Of a stretch of 64,000 bases of DNA, positions 38,802 through 53,424 are shown piece after piece. The translations under genes and the position numbers were made by a program. Source of the stretch: Octopus vulgaris. Lineage: Eukaryota. The stretch lies in NCBI GenBank assembly GCA_951406725.2, contig OX597814.1:126170001-126234000 (forward strand), given 5' to 3'. The notes under the pieces are model-generated. The model ran no database searches. It saw only the letters and a program-made list of their open reading frames with translations, and had not been told where the DNA came from. Within the stretch, counting starts at the first letter, position 1, and each line of letters starts with the position of its first letter.

Positions 38802-41359
38802 ACTGTCAGATGTCTCATGTGTTGGTTAGCACAGTTGTATGGTATACAACAGATGTGGCATTTGAATCTCACATATATGACACTACAACTTTTTTGCATT
38901 TTTTTTCTTCAATATTAGATATATATGATATTATACGTGGAGTGAGTTACCCATTGACAGGTCACTAGTATGTCATTGCAACTACTTAATTTATGTCTAC
39001 TGAAAGTGATGTTGTATGTTTATATTAAATACACCTTAGCTAACAGATGTCCCTCTGTCATACATCTTAGTCTATACTTTCAAATGTCTGTCTGTGACAT
39101 GCACCACAACTGATATTGTTCTGGCATACATCACTGCTGACACTAAACTGTCATACATCACAGCTGATATTGTCAGATATTTGCATGTTATACAAGCATC
39201 TAACAGCATAAACAATACTACTGGATGTATGTACAACAGATATGACAACTAATATTTTATATATATTAGGTTCAGGCATGACTGTGTGATTAAGAAGTCT
39301 GCCTTGCAGCCATGTGCTTTGAGAATCAGGCCTACTGCACAGCATCTTGGGCAAATGTCTTTTGTTATTGCTCAGCTTGACCAATACTTCTAAGGTATCT
39401 TGGTAGACAAGAACTGTACAAAGCCCATCACACACACATACACACACACTCGCATGTATGTGTGAGAATGTTTACATTCTGTGCTGAACTGACCTATGGA
39501 CAGTCTTGTTTGATGACACTTCCTAGTTGACCAATAATCTGATAGTTCTGTGCTTTCAAAGATGTGAAGAATGAAAGCTGCCTTCTTGAGAAACAAGTAA
39601 AGGTTAGGAACAAGGACATCTGACTGTAAGACAATGCCTCAGTAGTGTGTCTCCATCTAACACTTGGTAGCATGGAAAAATGGATGTTAAATAAATAAAC
39701 AAGCAAACATTATATGTATATTTAAAACTTTCCTGCAGTTCTCATTAGTAAATATGGATATCGACACTGCTTTTATAGTGATGTACTTTTACACAGTAAA
39801 CACAATTTTGTTTACATCTATTTGTTGTCTGACAAAAGAGCCCTCTTCTACTTCCCTACTTATTAGTTAGCAATCATAACGGCACCTAACTGCAAAGACA
39901 ATATCTAAATGTAACAATTTACAAAGGAAAAAAGAAGAAAATTCTGACCACACTAACCAAGAATGGAAACCAATAAAAGGAAAATACAACAGAGAAATAA
40001 ATAGGCAGCTGATTATTTTAAATTATTTATAGATACCATTTTCTTCCAGCTGCTGTTATTATTATACTCATATATTATGACTACTATAGTGTTATTATGA
40101 AGACAATACTATTTACTTGGAGTACTTCTAAGTAACTCTTTCTAGATTGCATGTATGATGTATGAAAAAAATCTTTATACATTTGCTTCAGTCTCCATTT
40201 TGCTTTGTGCTGATTACTTTATAAATATGTCCTGAAAATATTACATAATACACTTCAAAATTTACTTGTAGTCAAGTCAGTTTTTCTGTAATCTCTTAGA
40301 CATCTTAAAACCAAACCAATTCCAACCTCCAAGTAAAGCAAGTGGTTATTTTCAGCTCTGTTTAATCAAGAGAATTACATAATTAAACACTCATAATTAG
40401 AGTGATTTTACCTGATGCTAATGCCAGAGATTAATATCAACATTAGATTAACAATAACAAGCAAACACTGCCATCACTAATAAACTATCTTTGCTTAATC
40501 ATTCAATTCATATCTTTAAAAAAACAATTTCATTTAATAAAGTATTGTTTCTATTACAACATCATGCTTGTTGAGCTGGGGATTATTTTATAACTATAAC
40601 AAATTTTATATATTTATAAAAATATATTATAAATTTGGCAAAATACTATTTTATGCAATCTTTGTTTTTTTTATGCATATAACTGTGAATTGGTGTTGAA
40701 ACAGTTAAAAGATATTGAGATATAACTTTGTTTAATATAAATTGTCATCATCGTTTAATGTTTTTGTTTCCTACTGGCAGGGACAGTTTGACAGGATCTG
40801 ATGAATCTAATGACTACATTGTGGTCCACTATCTACTTTGGCATTGTTTCCATAACTGGTTGCTTTTTATCATGTCACCAGTAGTAACCCTTTTGAGTGT
40901 GCCTACTCTAAAAGGATTAGTGTCAGAAAGGGACTTTTGAAAGTCTCCAGTAACCTATGCCAACATGGAAAAGCTGAACTGAAATAAATTATGATGATTA
41001 TTGCTCTCTTAAGTTACATGTGTTGGTTTGGCTGACAATGGACTCACCATGACTGTTAAGAGCCACTGTGAAGAATAGTGAGTCTTTATATTATGTGATG
41101 GAGTACTAGTTACAACTACCACAAGGGCTCTAAGTGACACTCATTGTTAAGTGTCTCTTCTATCTTGTGATCAGTTTTTATTCAGGAGTCCTTCTCTCCT
41201 AGATATTGTTTTCTTTACTTCAACTTGTGTGATTAGGACAGAACTCTTTTTCATATATTATGCTTGTTCAGTCAATCTTTTTGACTGTGCTAAGAATCCA
41301 CATCACTGTGTGATGCAAAGGAAGGGTTTAAACTATCATATATGCATTTGTGTGTGTGT

Positions 41360-41740
41360 ATAGGCATAACTATGTGGTAAGAAATTTGCTTTCCAATGGC
41401 TTTGGGTTCAATCCAAATGTCTAGAGTCTTGGGGAAATGTTTTTTGCCATAGCCACAGGCTGACCAATACCTTGTGAGTAAATATGGTAGTTGGGAACAG
41501 AAAGAAACCCAGCATATATGTATGTGTGTCTTTTCATTGTGCTTTTGTTTGTCCCCACCACTGCTTGACAAGTGTTAGTTTGTTTATGTCCCCATCACTT
41601 AGCTGTTTGGCAAAAAGACACCTATGAAATAAGTACCAGACTTCAAAAAAAATAAGTATTGGGTTCAATTTTTTCAACTTAATCCTTCAAGGCAGTAATC
41701 CAGCATAGCTGCAGTCCAGTGATCAAACCAAGTAAAATTA
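41360..41740 (+). mobile_element. Composite SINE copy (family of 45580-46040)
   Basis: Head ggcataactatgtggtaagaaatttgc... followed by tail ...aaggcagtaatccagcatagctgcagtccagtgatcaaac. Confidence 0.7.
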
Positions 41741-44719
41741 GCACACACACACACACACACTGTGGGAGCCATCACTCTAGGGTTACTAGAAAGAATACTG
41801 TCATTCAGTCTTTGATTTCCTCTAGTTGAGGACATTTTGTTGCAAACATTTGGGACCAGGTCTTGAATCTGAGGATAATTTTTTTCCTGTCCTCCTACAG
41901 GTCATGGAGGCCCTGGAAAGAATCATTACTCTTAATCTTTGTTTTCTATTTAAGTCATTAAAAAATAGGTTTGTCTATGCTATGTAGACAGAAGAAAGGT
42001 ACTTAGGCTAATGGCATTATTTCCCATTAAGGTGCTAATAGTGTGTTTTACAGCTGTCTCATAATAGATATAATAATTACTTAATTGCTGACATTTCCAT
42101 CTATAAAATTCTACAAACACTAAAAACTTTTTTCTTGTTATTTTTTTTATGCTCTTTTACAGTAATATGTTTACACTAACTTACCTTTATTGTTTTCTGT
42201 GTGGATAGATTCTGTCTCTAAATTACTTTATTTCTAAACATTTTTATTATCCTACAAGTGTACAACCTTGTATATTTGCTTGGTGATTCTTTCATCACAA
42301 CTAAAGCAAGTACAAGGAGGCTATGTCTTACTGATGAGGTCAGAATAATACTAAAACATGTCCAGTGTTGTCTTACATACATGTCAGAAAATGCAAATAA
42401 TATTAGGTTAATTTGTTTATAACTATTTTTACTTACATTTTTAAATATTCTAACACTAACGTATTCAAAAGTTGTTTTTTTTTACCATTGTCTGATATTA
42501 CATTTGACAAATTTCTGTATCTGCATTCTCACATGGGTTTGCCGTTAACTATATCTCCATGTAGAATACTTCAGATATATTGCTGATTACAACCATGTGT
42601 AGATCTTGAAGTGGATTATATAATCCTATTTCTGTAAGCAAATCTAAGTATTAAATTATTCCTGCTCCCATTACATTATTATGATCCAACTTATGCTATC
42701 AATATTGCAGTCATATGCTTGTTAATACCTACTCTCAAGCAATTTTCCTTCCATTTATACAACTACCTGGTGAAATATTATGTTTGCAAGCACATTACTT
42801 AACTGATACTTTACTATAACTTAACCACTGCTTCTGAAAAGCAAAATTTGCAGTTTCACAATAAATAAATAAATAAATAAGGGAAGCTGTAAGGAAATGC
42901 TAACAACATAAATAACTATAGCATTAGTAAGAATGGTAAGACGACTACAATTTACTGGACTACTCATTTACACACTCTCAAATATTTGCAAGTGACCCTA
43001 ACTAGCACCATACTTCCTAAATAGTTTTTAACTTCCCTATCGAAGGCTACAGTAGTATTTATGTTCCTCCTCCCAATTTAGTTTTTCTTGTATTGTTTCA
43101 AATTTATAAGCCTCCTCATCTCTATAATCAGTATTTTATGTTTTGACATTGCGTAAGAACTTTACAATATTCATACATTTTTCTTCTTCTTCTTTTAAAT
43201 AATGTTTTCTGTTTTTATCTGTTCTTCAGTATTTCTGAAAGAGAATTTTTTTGGCTATTAAAGTATAGCTCTGTGTGTGTGTGTGTGTTTGCATGTGTGC
43301 ATGTGCACATGTGAGAGTAGGGGTGTGAGGAGTAACTGGGGAAAGAGAGTAGTGGAAAGAAAGAAAAGGAAAAGGATAGTAAGAGAGAGAAAGGAAGAGG
43401 AAAAAACACAGATTTGTTTGCACGAAGATATATGTACCATTATCTATATTTGAACATAGAATTTACTTTCTGTCTGTCTCTTTCCCTCTCAGAACACACA
43501 CACACACACACACATGTATATCTGTATATTTCTATTTAAAAAACTTAGTCTCTCTCTCTCTCACACACACTATACACATACCATGTATCTGAGGCTGTAA
43601 GATGCTACACAGTAGGATTGGACCTGGAACTATGTGATTGCAAAGCAAACTTTTTGACCACATTGCTATGCATGTGCCTCATCATCATCATCATTGTTCT
43701 TTTACAATTGCTTTACAGGCTGGCATGGGTTGGACAAGTCAGCACAGCTTCAATCATCTCTTATTAGGACTTACTGCTGCTACAAAGATTAGCTTAGTTT
43801 GTACAGCTTGATGTCTTTCCTATTGCTAATCAGTTTACAGAGGGTACAGGGTGCATTTTATCATAGTACAAACACTAGAGAGGTTGAGTAGATCTCACAA
43901 CCCTACACTTTCCTTACTTTTTAGTTGATCACTTTACAATGTGATCAATATTGGGGGTATTTTCATGGCACCAGCTCTAGAGGGGCAACTTCGTTCAACA
44001 TTCACCTGGAGAGGGAGCAGGGCAGATTCTGTCAGCACAAGTACAGCCAGTGAGGTGCCTTGTACACATCGCACATATGCAGAGTACTCACTAAACTAAT
44101 ATATGTAGACCAAGAGGATGGGAGAGAGAATATAATGTTAGCAGAAAGACCAGACATGGACAGTTGAGAGGGAAGATAGGAGTGTAAGTGTTGAGAGTAC
44201 TCAAGTATTAGCATTTGTTCAAGTGATCTAGAATTGGTGAGAGAGTAATGAGTTATGACATTAGAAGAACCAGAATGGATGGAGGAAGCAAGGGTAAGAT
44301 GGGCAACTATGATCAGAAAACAATAGGGATATTTGGAAGTGTGGAGTAATTGACAATAGCAGAGGTGAACAAAGGCAAGGGTTAGTGATGAGATAAAGGC
44401 AATGAATTATTATTTAGTGCCAACATTTTTGTTGCACTAACCGTGACCTGGGTCACTGACACAGGTGTATGTTCATGTGAAAGTAAAATAAGAGGAACAG
44501 ACTTAGAGGTGCAATAGGGTGGTAGCAGAGTGAGAATAAAAGAGTAGACACTCGTTGAAAGGAGAGAGTATGAAGGTAAATGGTTAGTGTCAGGAATTAC
44601 AGAGAAATGTAGAAAGGTAACCAAATGGAGGCTAGTCAAATATGATACCTACCCAATTTATCATTCAGTTGAGTTTGCAGATATTCCAGTACTGAAGGTA
44701 AATCTATTTCCTTCCAATG

Positions 44720-44848
<129 letters not shown>

Positions 44849-45579
44849 AATTTTCTACCTTGTTATATAGGTATCATTTCTCATTTTCTTGCTTTTTCTG
44901 ACTCCCATAGCCTATTTTTCTTTCATACTATCTTTTCACTTCTTATTGAGTTTAATTCTTTCTCTTTTCCTCTCTCTCTCTCTCTCTCCCTGTCCCACCT
45001 CCCTCTTTCTCATTCTTCCATCTTCTCCTATCTACATTCCTCAACTCCCACTTTTATTTTACCACTACCACCACTCATTACTTAAGTATCAGTATGACAT
45101 GATTAAAGTATCAGAAAATCCAATTTTAAATACTCTTTAACCATTCTCTATATTCTTGATTCCTTCCTTAATCTTTAATCCACAGTTAATCCTATTCTAT
45201 TCCGCTTTCATCCTTTTTCTATATTTCACATCTTTTGACATCCAAACCTGTTTCTCAAATAAATCCACATTTAAAGATATTTGTTCTTATAAACTCTATT
45301 GCTGTTACATTAAAGTTCTTATACTAATCATTCAAGTAGACGCATAAATATACACACAGGTATGTACATGTGCATGTGTATATATGTCTGTGTATGTAAA
45401 TATATGTATGTGTGTGTGTGTGTATATATATATATATGCACACATGTATACACATATATGTGTGTGTCTGTATATATACTTGTGTATATGTGTGTGTGTC
45501 TGTATATATACTTGTGTATATGTGTGTGAGTATGTATATACATATGTATATCTGTATGTATATGTGTGTGTGCGTGTAT

Positions 45580-45787
45580 TCTTTTCTTTTATTTGTTTCA
45601 GTCATTTGACTGCAGCCATGCTGGTGCACCGACTTTAGTCAAACAAATTGACCTGAGGTCTTATTCTTTGTAAGTCCAGTACATATTCTATTGGCCTTTT
45701 TTGCCGAACTACTAAGTTACGAGAATATAAACACACCAACATCGGATGTCAAGCGACTGTAGGGGTACAAACACAGATACACACACA

Positions 45788-45883
<96 letters not shown>

Positions 45884-46040
45884 CACATACAATGGGTTTC
45901 TCTCAGTTTCCAACTACCAAATCCACTCACAAGGCTTTGGTCAGCCCAAGGCTATAGTAGAAGACACTTGCCCAAGGTGACATGTAGTGGGACTGAACCC
46001 AGAACAATGTGGTTGGTAAGCAAGCTACTTACCACACTGG
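45580..46040 (-). mobile_element. Composite SINE: head + internal (TG)n/(TA)n microsatellite + CR1-like tail
   Basis: Head gtggtaagtagcttgcttaccaaccac...gtgagtggatttggtag..gaaactga (45890-46040) and tail 45580-45778. Same architecture at 41360-41740 (+), 12490-12785 and 25190-25700. Heads alone at ~11200-11335, 21110-21250, 32710-32810, 39270-39430, 43590-43680 and 60500-60630. Confidence 0.8.
45779..45883. repeat. (CA)n(TA)n microsatellite inside a SINE
   Basis: Direct reading. Confidence 0.97.
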
Positions 46041-46324
46041 ACTCTCCCATTGAAGACAACAGATGAGTGTTCAGCCTTTGCCAAACAACCTGCACAAATG
46101 ATTTATTTGTGGTAACCAAGCATTTGTGCTATACATTAGCCCACTCTCTCCATCAAATTGATGTTGTCTGAATAGGTGCATTGCACACTACATGTCAGGT
46201 GTCAAAGTCATCAATGACGTGTTTTGTTCAGGAACACAACACACTACCTTGTCTAGGAATTGAAATCACAATGACTAGTTCATGAGTGCAACACCCTAAC
46301 ATATATATATATATATATATATAT

Positions 46325-46896
46325 TGTAAAATATCAATTATTATTATTGAGTTTGAAAACAGACAGATCTAATGAATACAAATTAATTTAATAATTGATT
46401 AACATATTCACCTACAATTGTTTTATTTCTCAACCAAAATTAAAACTACAAGACATATATAATTTTGCATTTCAAAATACCTTGGGTGGAAAATCATCAG
46501 GGTGCACAAAGGACAATACAAGGATTGCATTATGATCTGTTGGAATATTCAGAATATATAGCTTTGTTTATTATGTGTGTATGTATATGTGCATGTGTGA
46601 CACACAGATGCATGCATGCATACATACATACATACACACACTTACACACACATACAATAAACAGGACTATATATGGATCGTAATGTAATCCTTGTATTGT
46701 CCTTTGTGCAAACTAACGGTTTTCCATCCAAGTTATCTTAAAATGCAAAATTATATATTTATATATGTTTTGTAGTTTTAATTTTGGTTGAGAAATGAAA
46801 CAAGTGTAGGTGAATATGTTAATTAATTAAAAAATTAATTTCTATCCATTAGATCTGTCTGTTTTGAAACTCAATAATAATATTTGATATTTTACG
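46325..46896. repeat. ~570-bp fold-back palindrome
   Basis: Arms 46325-46537 and 46676-46896 are highly complementary (e.g. aaacagacagatctaatg / cattagatctgtctgttt). The centre is also self-complementary, (TG)-rich versus (CA)-rich. Confidence 0.95.
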
Positions 46897-47055
46897 TTAT
46901 TTTATATAATATATTAAACCAGTGTATCTTGGGTAAAGATATCCCTATAAGAGGTTTAAATATCCTCTTTGTGACATATATATATATGTTGATTCGTTAG
47001 CTACTGCACGCATTTTTTTTCTCTCCTTCTTTCTGTGTTTTTCTCTCTCTGTGTA

Positions 47056-47093
47056 TCTTTCTGTTGAAGAGCGTAGGCTCGAAACGTTAAAGA
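47056..47093 (+). ncRNA. Minimal type I hammerhead-ribozyme-like motif within a ~200-bp repeat (46988-47192) in (TA)n
   Basis: Stem I tcttt/aaaga; core ctgttga+a (canonical CUGANGA, A6 replaced by U); stem II gagc-gtag-gctc; GAAA; palindromic stem III acgt; UH=UU. Confidence 0.6.
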
Positions 47094-47209
47094 CTTGTTT
47101 TATTTATATTTCCTGAGCGCCATACTAATACAATTGTTCGTTTGTTTTCCACCTGCCTTCGTCTTTTGTTTATTTTCATAAAGCTTCCCGTTATATATAT
47201 GTATGTATG

Positions 47210-47265
<56 letters not shown>

Positions 47266-48481
47266 GCTAAAAATCAGGAGATTGTGAGTTCTATTCCTGG
47301 ACTGGGCTGCGTGTTGCGTTCTTGAGCAAGACACTTTGAAACAGGGTGGAAGTTGGTGACAGGCCATAAAAAAATTGCCTCGGAGGATTCTGTCTGACCC
47401 ATGCAAGCATGGAAAAACAAACAGAGTAATAACAATGATAATAATAATAGAGATGAAAGGCAAAGTTAACCTCAGCAAGATATGAACTCAGAATGTATAC
47501 AGTCTAAACAAATACAATAAGACAGTTTTTTTCTAGCACTCTAATAATTCTGGTAATTCACCACCTTCACATGATGGTGAATATAATAGAAACACTAAAA
47601 CAGCAGCAGAAAGAAGTCAAACCCTATTCTACAGCAAAACTGATGCAATATATTAACATGATTCAATGTGCTAAAAAGACAATGCTGACTGCACCTCTGG
47701 AACATTGAGTTGCAGTTGGTGCTGCAGTTGAAATTTGCACGAATCTAAATAATAATAACGATAATTAACAACTAATAATAGTAAAAATAATGAGGTAGAG
47801 GAGGATTGTAATGATAATAATAGTGACATTATTATTATTATCATTATTATTATTATTTTAATTATTACTATTAACAACAACAATTGTTATAATACTTGTA
47901 CTACTATTATTATAGACATTCATTTCTTATTAATATTTATATAACTTTTACATTAAAAACACTTTACTCTAATGATAAAAATGTTTGTGTAAAGTGTTTT
48001 TCTATGTTCCTGCAACTCATTAATATCTGAATATTATTATATTATAGCTGTCAGATTGAGCCAAACGACCCACCTCTATATATCATCTTAATGAAAGTAA
48101 TTAGTCCCAGATGGGATAATTATAGTATGTTTAATAATTGACTAAGAACAACACCTATTTTTTTTTATTGAAAAAGGCTTATATTCATGGAATTGATTGT
48201 GATTAGGGTAACCATACTTTTTATTATGCAGTCAGGACAGGTGAGGATCTCAATTCACATTCTCAAAAACATATTATATAATACATACATGTATGATGTG
48301 AATGTAATATACAGAGCCATCTTAGCAATACTATAGGCCTTCAGGTAATTCAGTGCACTGGGTTTTGTTGTATTTATGTATTGACAACAAGCCACAGCAT
48401 ACATGGATCTGAATTGGGCCCTTAGACCCATGAGGACCCCAAGACAATTGCTCAGTGTCCCCAAGACCTAAAATGGTACTG

Positions 48482-48526
<45 letters not shown>

Positions 48527-50099
48527 CTGTTTCTGTTCTCTTTCTTGTACCTCTCTCTACCCCTCTCTCTGTCTCTTCTTCCCACTCTCTCTTCTCTCTC
48601 CTCTTTCTCTTTTCTCTGTCTCTCTTCCCCCTCCTCTCTCTCTCTCTCTCTCCTTCTGGCCAGGTAACCATGTACCCCCTTATAGCAAGACACCTGTTTC
48701 TGCCTCTCTGTTTCTCTGTTACACTCTAACCTTTCATCATCTGACACAAGATCCCCTCCTCCAATGCCCCCTCGCTTCTCAAAATTCCTTGTCTTGCAAG
48801 TTACTTAGTAACCCTGCCAGTGCAGGTGTAACATAAAAAAAACATCCAGTCCACACTGTAAAGTGTTTAATATCTGGAAGGGTATCCAGCTTCAAAAATC
48901 AGTCTACTCTGTAGAGTGGTTGGTGCTAGGAAGGGCATCAAGTCATAAAATCCATGCCAAAACAGGCACAGAAGTTTGGTGCAGCCTTCTGCCTGGCCAG
49001 CTCTTGTCAAGCCATCCAACCCAAACCAGCATGATGATGATGATGATGATATAATCTTAAATAGATGTAACATGTGTGTATGTGTGTGTGTGTGTGTTAT
49101 ATGTATATCTACATGCACACTCATATATCATATGGCATTGGGAAGATGGCGGTAGTAATAGCTGTGGTAGTTAAGGTTGTAGTGGTGATGATAAAGATGA
49201 TAAGTATTGTATTTAGACTAAATAGCATTGCTTTCTGAGCTCATGAAGTGTTCTTTGTCATCTCTTAATGGATAACAGTCTTGCCTGAAGTGTAAAAACC
49301 ATTACATACTCCAACAGAGAGAAAATAGAACATTCTCTTTACATTAAACAGAGCAGCAAAGCCAAAATTCATATTCTGTTGGGTGAGAAACCTAATTCTT
49401 AGCTGTTCTCAAAGCTAGTGCTGATAATAATATCATTTCTTTAACAGGATACAAACAGTAGAAATTTACATGGAAATGAATAAAGAGAAAGCGACAACAG
49501 ATTCCTATAAAAATGACAATAAGAAAAGATCTCCATTAGCACTAAGAACCAATTAAGAATCCCATACATCCAGAATTACCCTAACCACTGAGGACATGTT
49601 GTATTCTGCAGCCTACAGACACTTGTTGAGGATCGGTTCAATCACTCAAGTTATGCTCAAAACCTTCACTTGTCTTTTAACTAGAGAATAACACCTCCCT
49701 CTCTGTCTTCATCTCTTTTCTCAAGTGGAATTTCTAAAAAACAATAAGAGCTAGACCAATGAGGAAAGTGTCTGTCTTCAGTCATTTCAGATGCATTAAC
49801 CACACAGCCTATTTCTCCGTAACTACTAGACAAAGAAAACTACCTGTCCTTCAAGATCAAAGAAAATGAGAGAGGGATTTTTTCACAACAGTCTCAGCAG
49901 ATAGCTGGATTCATTGAGCACATGACAACAACTGTTCAACAAAACTCGATAAGTCAATAAAGCTCAGATTCTGTGTACACAGTATGCACAGAATGTTTTC
50001 ATTACCCTGTATGCATGTATGTCAAACTGACCTAGCTGATGGTATTTCTTTGTCTGTAGAATTTGTCTTAAACCAGTAGTACCTCTTCACTGCTGCTGC

Positions 50100-51490
50100 A
50101 CTTCTTGAATTGAATTTTCTGCACGTTATCCATAGTCTCCAGGCTAAAAAGTCCTCTAGAACAGGTGATTCTTGTCAATGTCCAGAGTTTCCTCATGAAT
50201 GTTGTCATTCTTCCACATCATTAATCTTTTGAAGAATACCAAAATATAAGTTCCACAGGCTACATTGCCAGACTGGTAGATGACTGTGATCACTTTAAAC
50301 ATTGTGGATGTTAGGCACCTAATCTTGGTTTTGACTGATTCAGTTTTGAGAATGTGGTCATTAGCATGCTGCAAGTTCCTACTGTGAACCAATTTTAAAC
50401 TGTTCTCATAAGGTATGGAGAACAATAACAACCAGAATAGAGACAAGAAACATGCATTGAAGAAGCCTTTTTAATATAAATTTTTCACTGCACCCATTGT
50501 TAACTCTCACATTGCCAATGGTATCTATACATCTACACAGTTTTCTAAGTGACCACCAGACTACAGAATAGGGGACCCTATCAAAGACCTCCAGGTTAAT
50601 GACTACTGGATGTACTGGATGTACTGGTTTGCTCTTAACTAAGAGTTTGTGTAAGTGCCTCACTAACTTGTAGCATAAATCTGAAATACATGTCATCTTA
50701 GCAAATCCCCATCTTAATCAGTTGTGCTATAACTGTTTTTGATATTTTCATAATTTGGTCTGTCAGATTGATCCCTCTATGCCAGTCAGTGGGAATGGCA
50801 CCTGACTGTACTACCCAGTTGACTATGCATGCTTGTGCATGTTCTACCTTGCTAGATATTTTCAGCTTCTCAGTGACCATCCCTAAAGACCAAGCTGCTT
50901 ACCTTTCCTGCATAATCTTGATCTTGCTTTTGATCATAGAGCTGTTAAGTGCAATAGATGGTCCTGTTGTTGGTTCTACATATGCTAGTTGCTCTCTCTT
51001 CATGCACTTGCCTCTTCCACAAATATTCATAATGACATCTCCTCAATTCATCTTCTCGGTGTAAGTGAGAGCAAGTGTACAGCTTTCATTCAGTACAAAC
51101 TTTTCCCTAATGTTCTGCTTCATGCTGACGCACTGCTTTGCAATGTACAATACATCATACCTCTAATCCTCTCACCACAAAATGATAGCAAACCTCTTAC
51201 TTTCAACTACTGTTGTTGCTAAGTATACTTGACATCTAGCCTAGTTTCTAGCTACCTGATATTGTTACTTGCTCTGCACTTCCTTCCATTCTCTCCAGGC
51301 CTGTCTTTTAGCTTTTATGGCTCTATAATACTATTCCACCAATTTGTCACTTTTGATCTAGCTGGAACCTTATTCCATCTACACATCTGGTCTATGGATC
51401 ATAACAGGTTGACTCATAGAAACTACCACTTGTCTTGTATGGTTTATAAGTCTCTATCTCCTCCTCCTTCCATTGTGTGTTGACCACTTG
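50100..51490 (-). mobile_element. RTE-clade LINE ORF fragment, highly decayed
   Basis: Minus-strand pieces GAIPTDW..RGINLTDQIMKI..IAQLI and KSKP...LEVFDRVPYSVVWWSLRKL parallel the 3905-4580 copy. Confidence 0.8.
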
Positions 51491-51816
51491 CACTTCCTTG
51501 AACCTACATCTAGCAGCAAGCTCTTTCAACTTCATATATATGTCTATGTATATGTGTGTGTATGTATATATATCTATGTATTTATATGTGTCTGTGTGTC
51601 TACATATATATACATATAATACACTCACATATACATGTGTATATGCATCCACACACATGTACACACACACACACGCACATGAAATATACACATAGTCATA
51701 TACATATATCAGAGCATGTGTCTATTCATCTATTCTCATACAAGTCTATAAAAATGTGTGGGCATATGTGTGTGTGTGTGCACACATTTATATAGACTTG
51801 TACAAGAATCAATGAG

Positions 51817-51864
<48 letters not shown>

Positions 51865-52264
51865 CACACACACACTCTCTGATATATGTATATGACTATG
51901 TGTATATTGATGTGTGTGTGATTTCTGATCTACCTTCCAGACCAGCCATGTTCATGCTATAATAAATGTAGATAGAACAGCCGCCGGCAATTCTCAGATG
52001 CATCAATGACAAACACATTCACATAAACATATATTGAAAGGTCAGAAATATAATGTAAACACTAAATAAAAGTAGTGCTCCAGCTTGGTCACAACACACA
52101 CTGGTTTATACAAATAGAAGAACCATGTGTGAATGCATGTGCGTTTGTATTGTGTGTATGTCTGTCTGTGCATGCATGCATGCATGGGTATGCTTGTGTG
52201 TGCAGATATACATACATGTGTGTGTTTGTATATATGTGTCTGTATATCTATCTATCTATCTACC

Positions 52265-52307
<43 letters not shown>

Positions 52308-53004
52308 ACATATATATATATATACAAACACAGTTCAATGCACCATGAGATGGTCTGTGAAGTGTATTGAGTACTTTGTTCTTTTACACAGTGAAAAAAC
52401 AGCATCTAACCATGCTTTATATGCTGTTATGATATACATACATATATATATATATACACACACACACATATATACACACACACATTTATATATATATATA
52501 TATATATACATATACACACACATACATACAAACATCCATATGTGTCTGTATTTATGTCTGTCTATTCACCTCAGTCATTTTGAGGACGTTCATAGACACA
52601 TGTAAAGACACACACATATTTATACATGTGCATGTATGTGTATACACTCACAATTGGTGTTATTCACTTTTCCTCATACAGAATTACTTCTACATGCATG
52701 TATTCATTTCCTTGCAAAAATATAACTACATACATATATTCTCATGCTCATGCACGTTTACACATACACAGATAACTTCATACAAGAAAATTATCTCTGC
52801 ATACATATTCTTACACACACGCACATACACACACACACACACACACATATATGTGTAAGTAATATATATGTATGTGTACACACACACACACAAATTTATA
52901 TATGATGATGATGATATCTGTAATGTGTTTGTGTAATATATCATATCAACATCATTTATGAAATATATGTACATATCATATAAATATATTATGATATATA
53001 CATA

Positions 53005-53045
<41 letters not shown>

Positions 53046-53366
53046 GAAACGGATATAGGTATACATGATGTGTGTGTTATTTTCTTTTATGACAGTTATT
53101 TTGAGCTATATTTCTCATATTTTCTGTGGATGGCAGCTACAGACTGTCAATACTGGTGATTGAACCTCTGATTCCACATGCTCACACACACACACACAAA
53201 CTGACAAGCAGTGCCTGAGTATGAAGAAGAGTCTGATATGACTCATCATTATGAAGTAGTAATGTGATGGAATGTGGGATGGGGGAAGGTTAGGATATGT
53301 GCTGGCTGTCCAATACTCTGCCACTGGGGAAGAAATGACTATATTCCTGATCACATCTGACAGATA

Positions 53367-53424
<58 letters not shown>

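Noticed and set aside
49200-50050. Possible additional decayed LINE fragment
   Set aside because: The composition looks coding-derived, but I could not recover a diagnostic motif.
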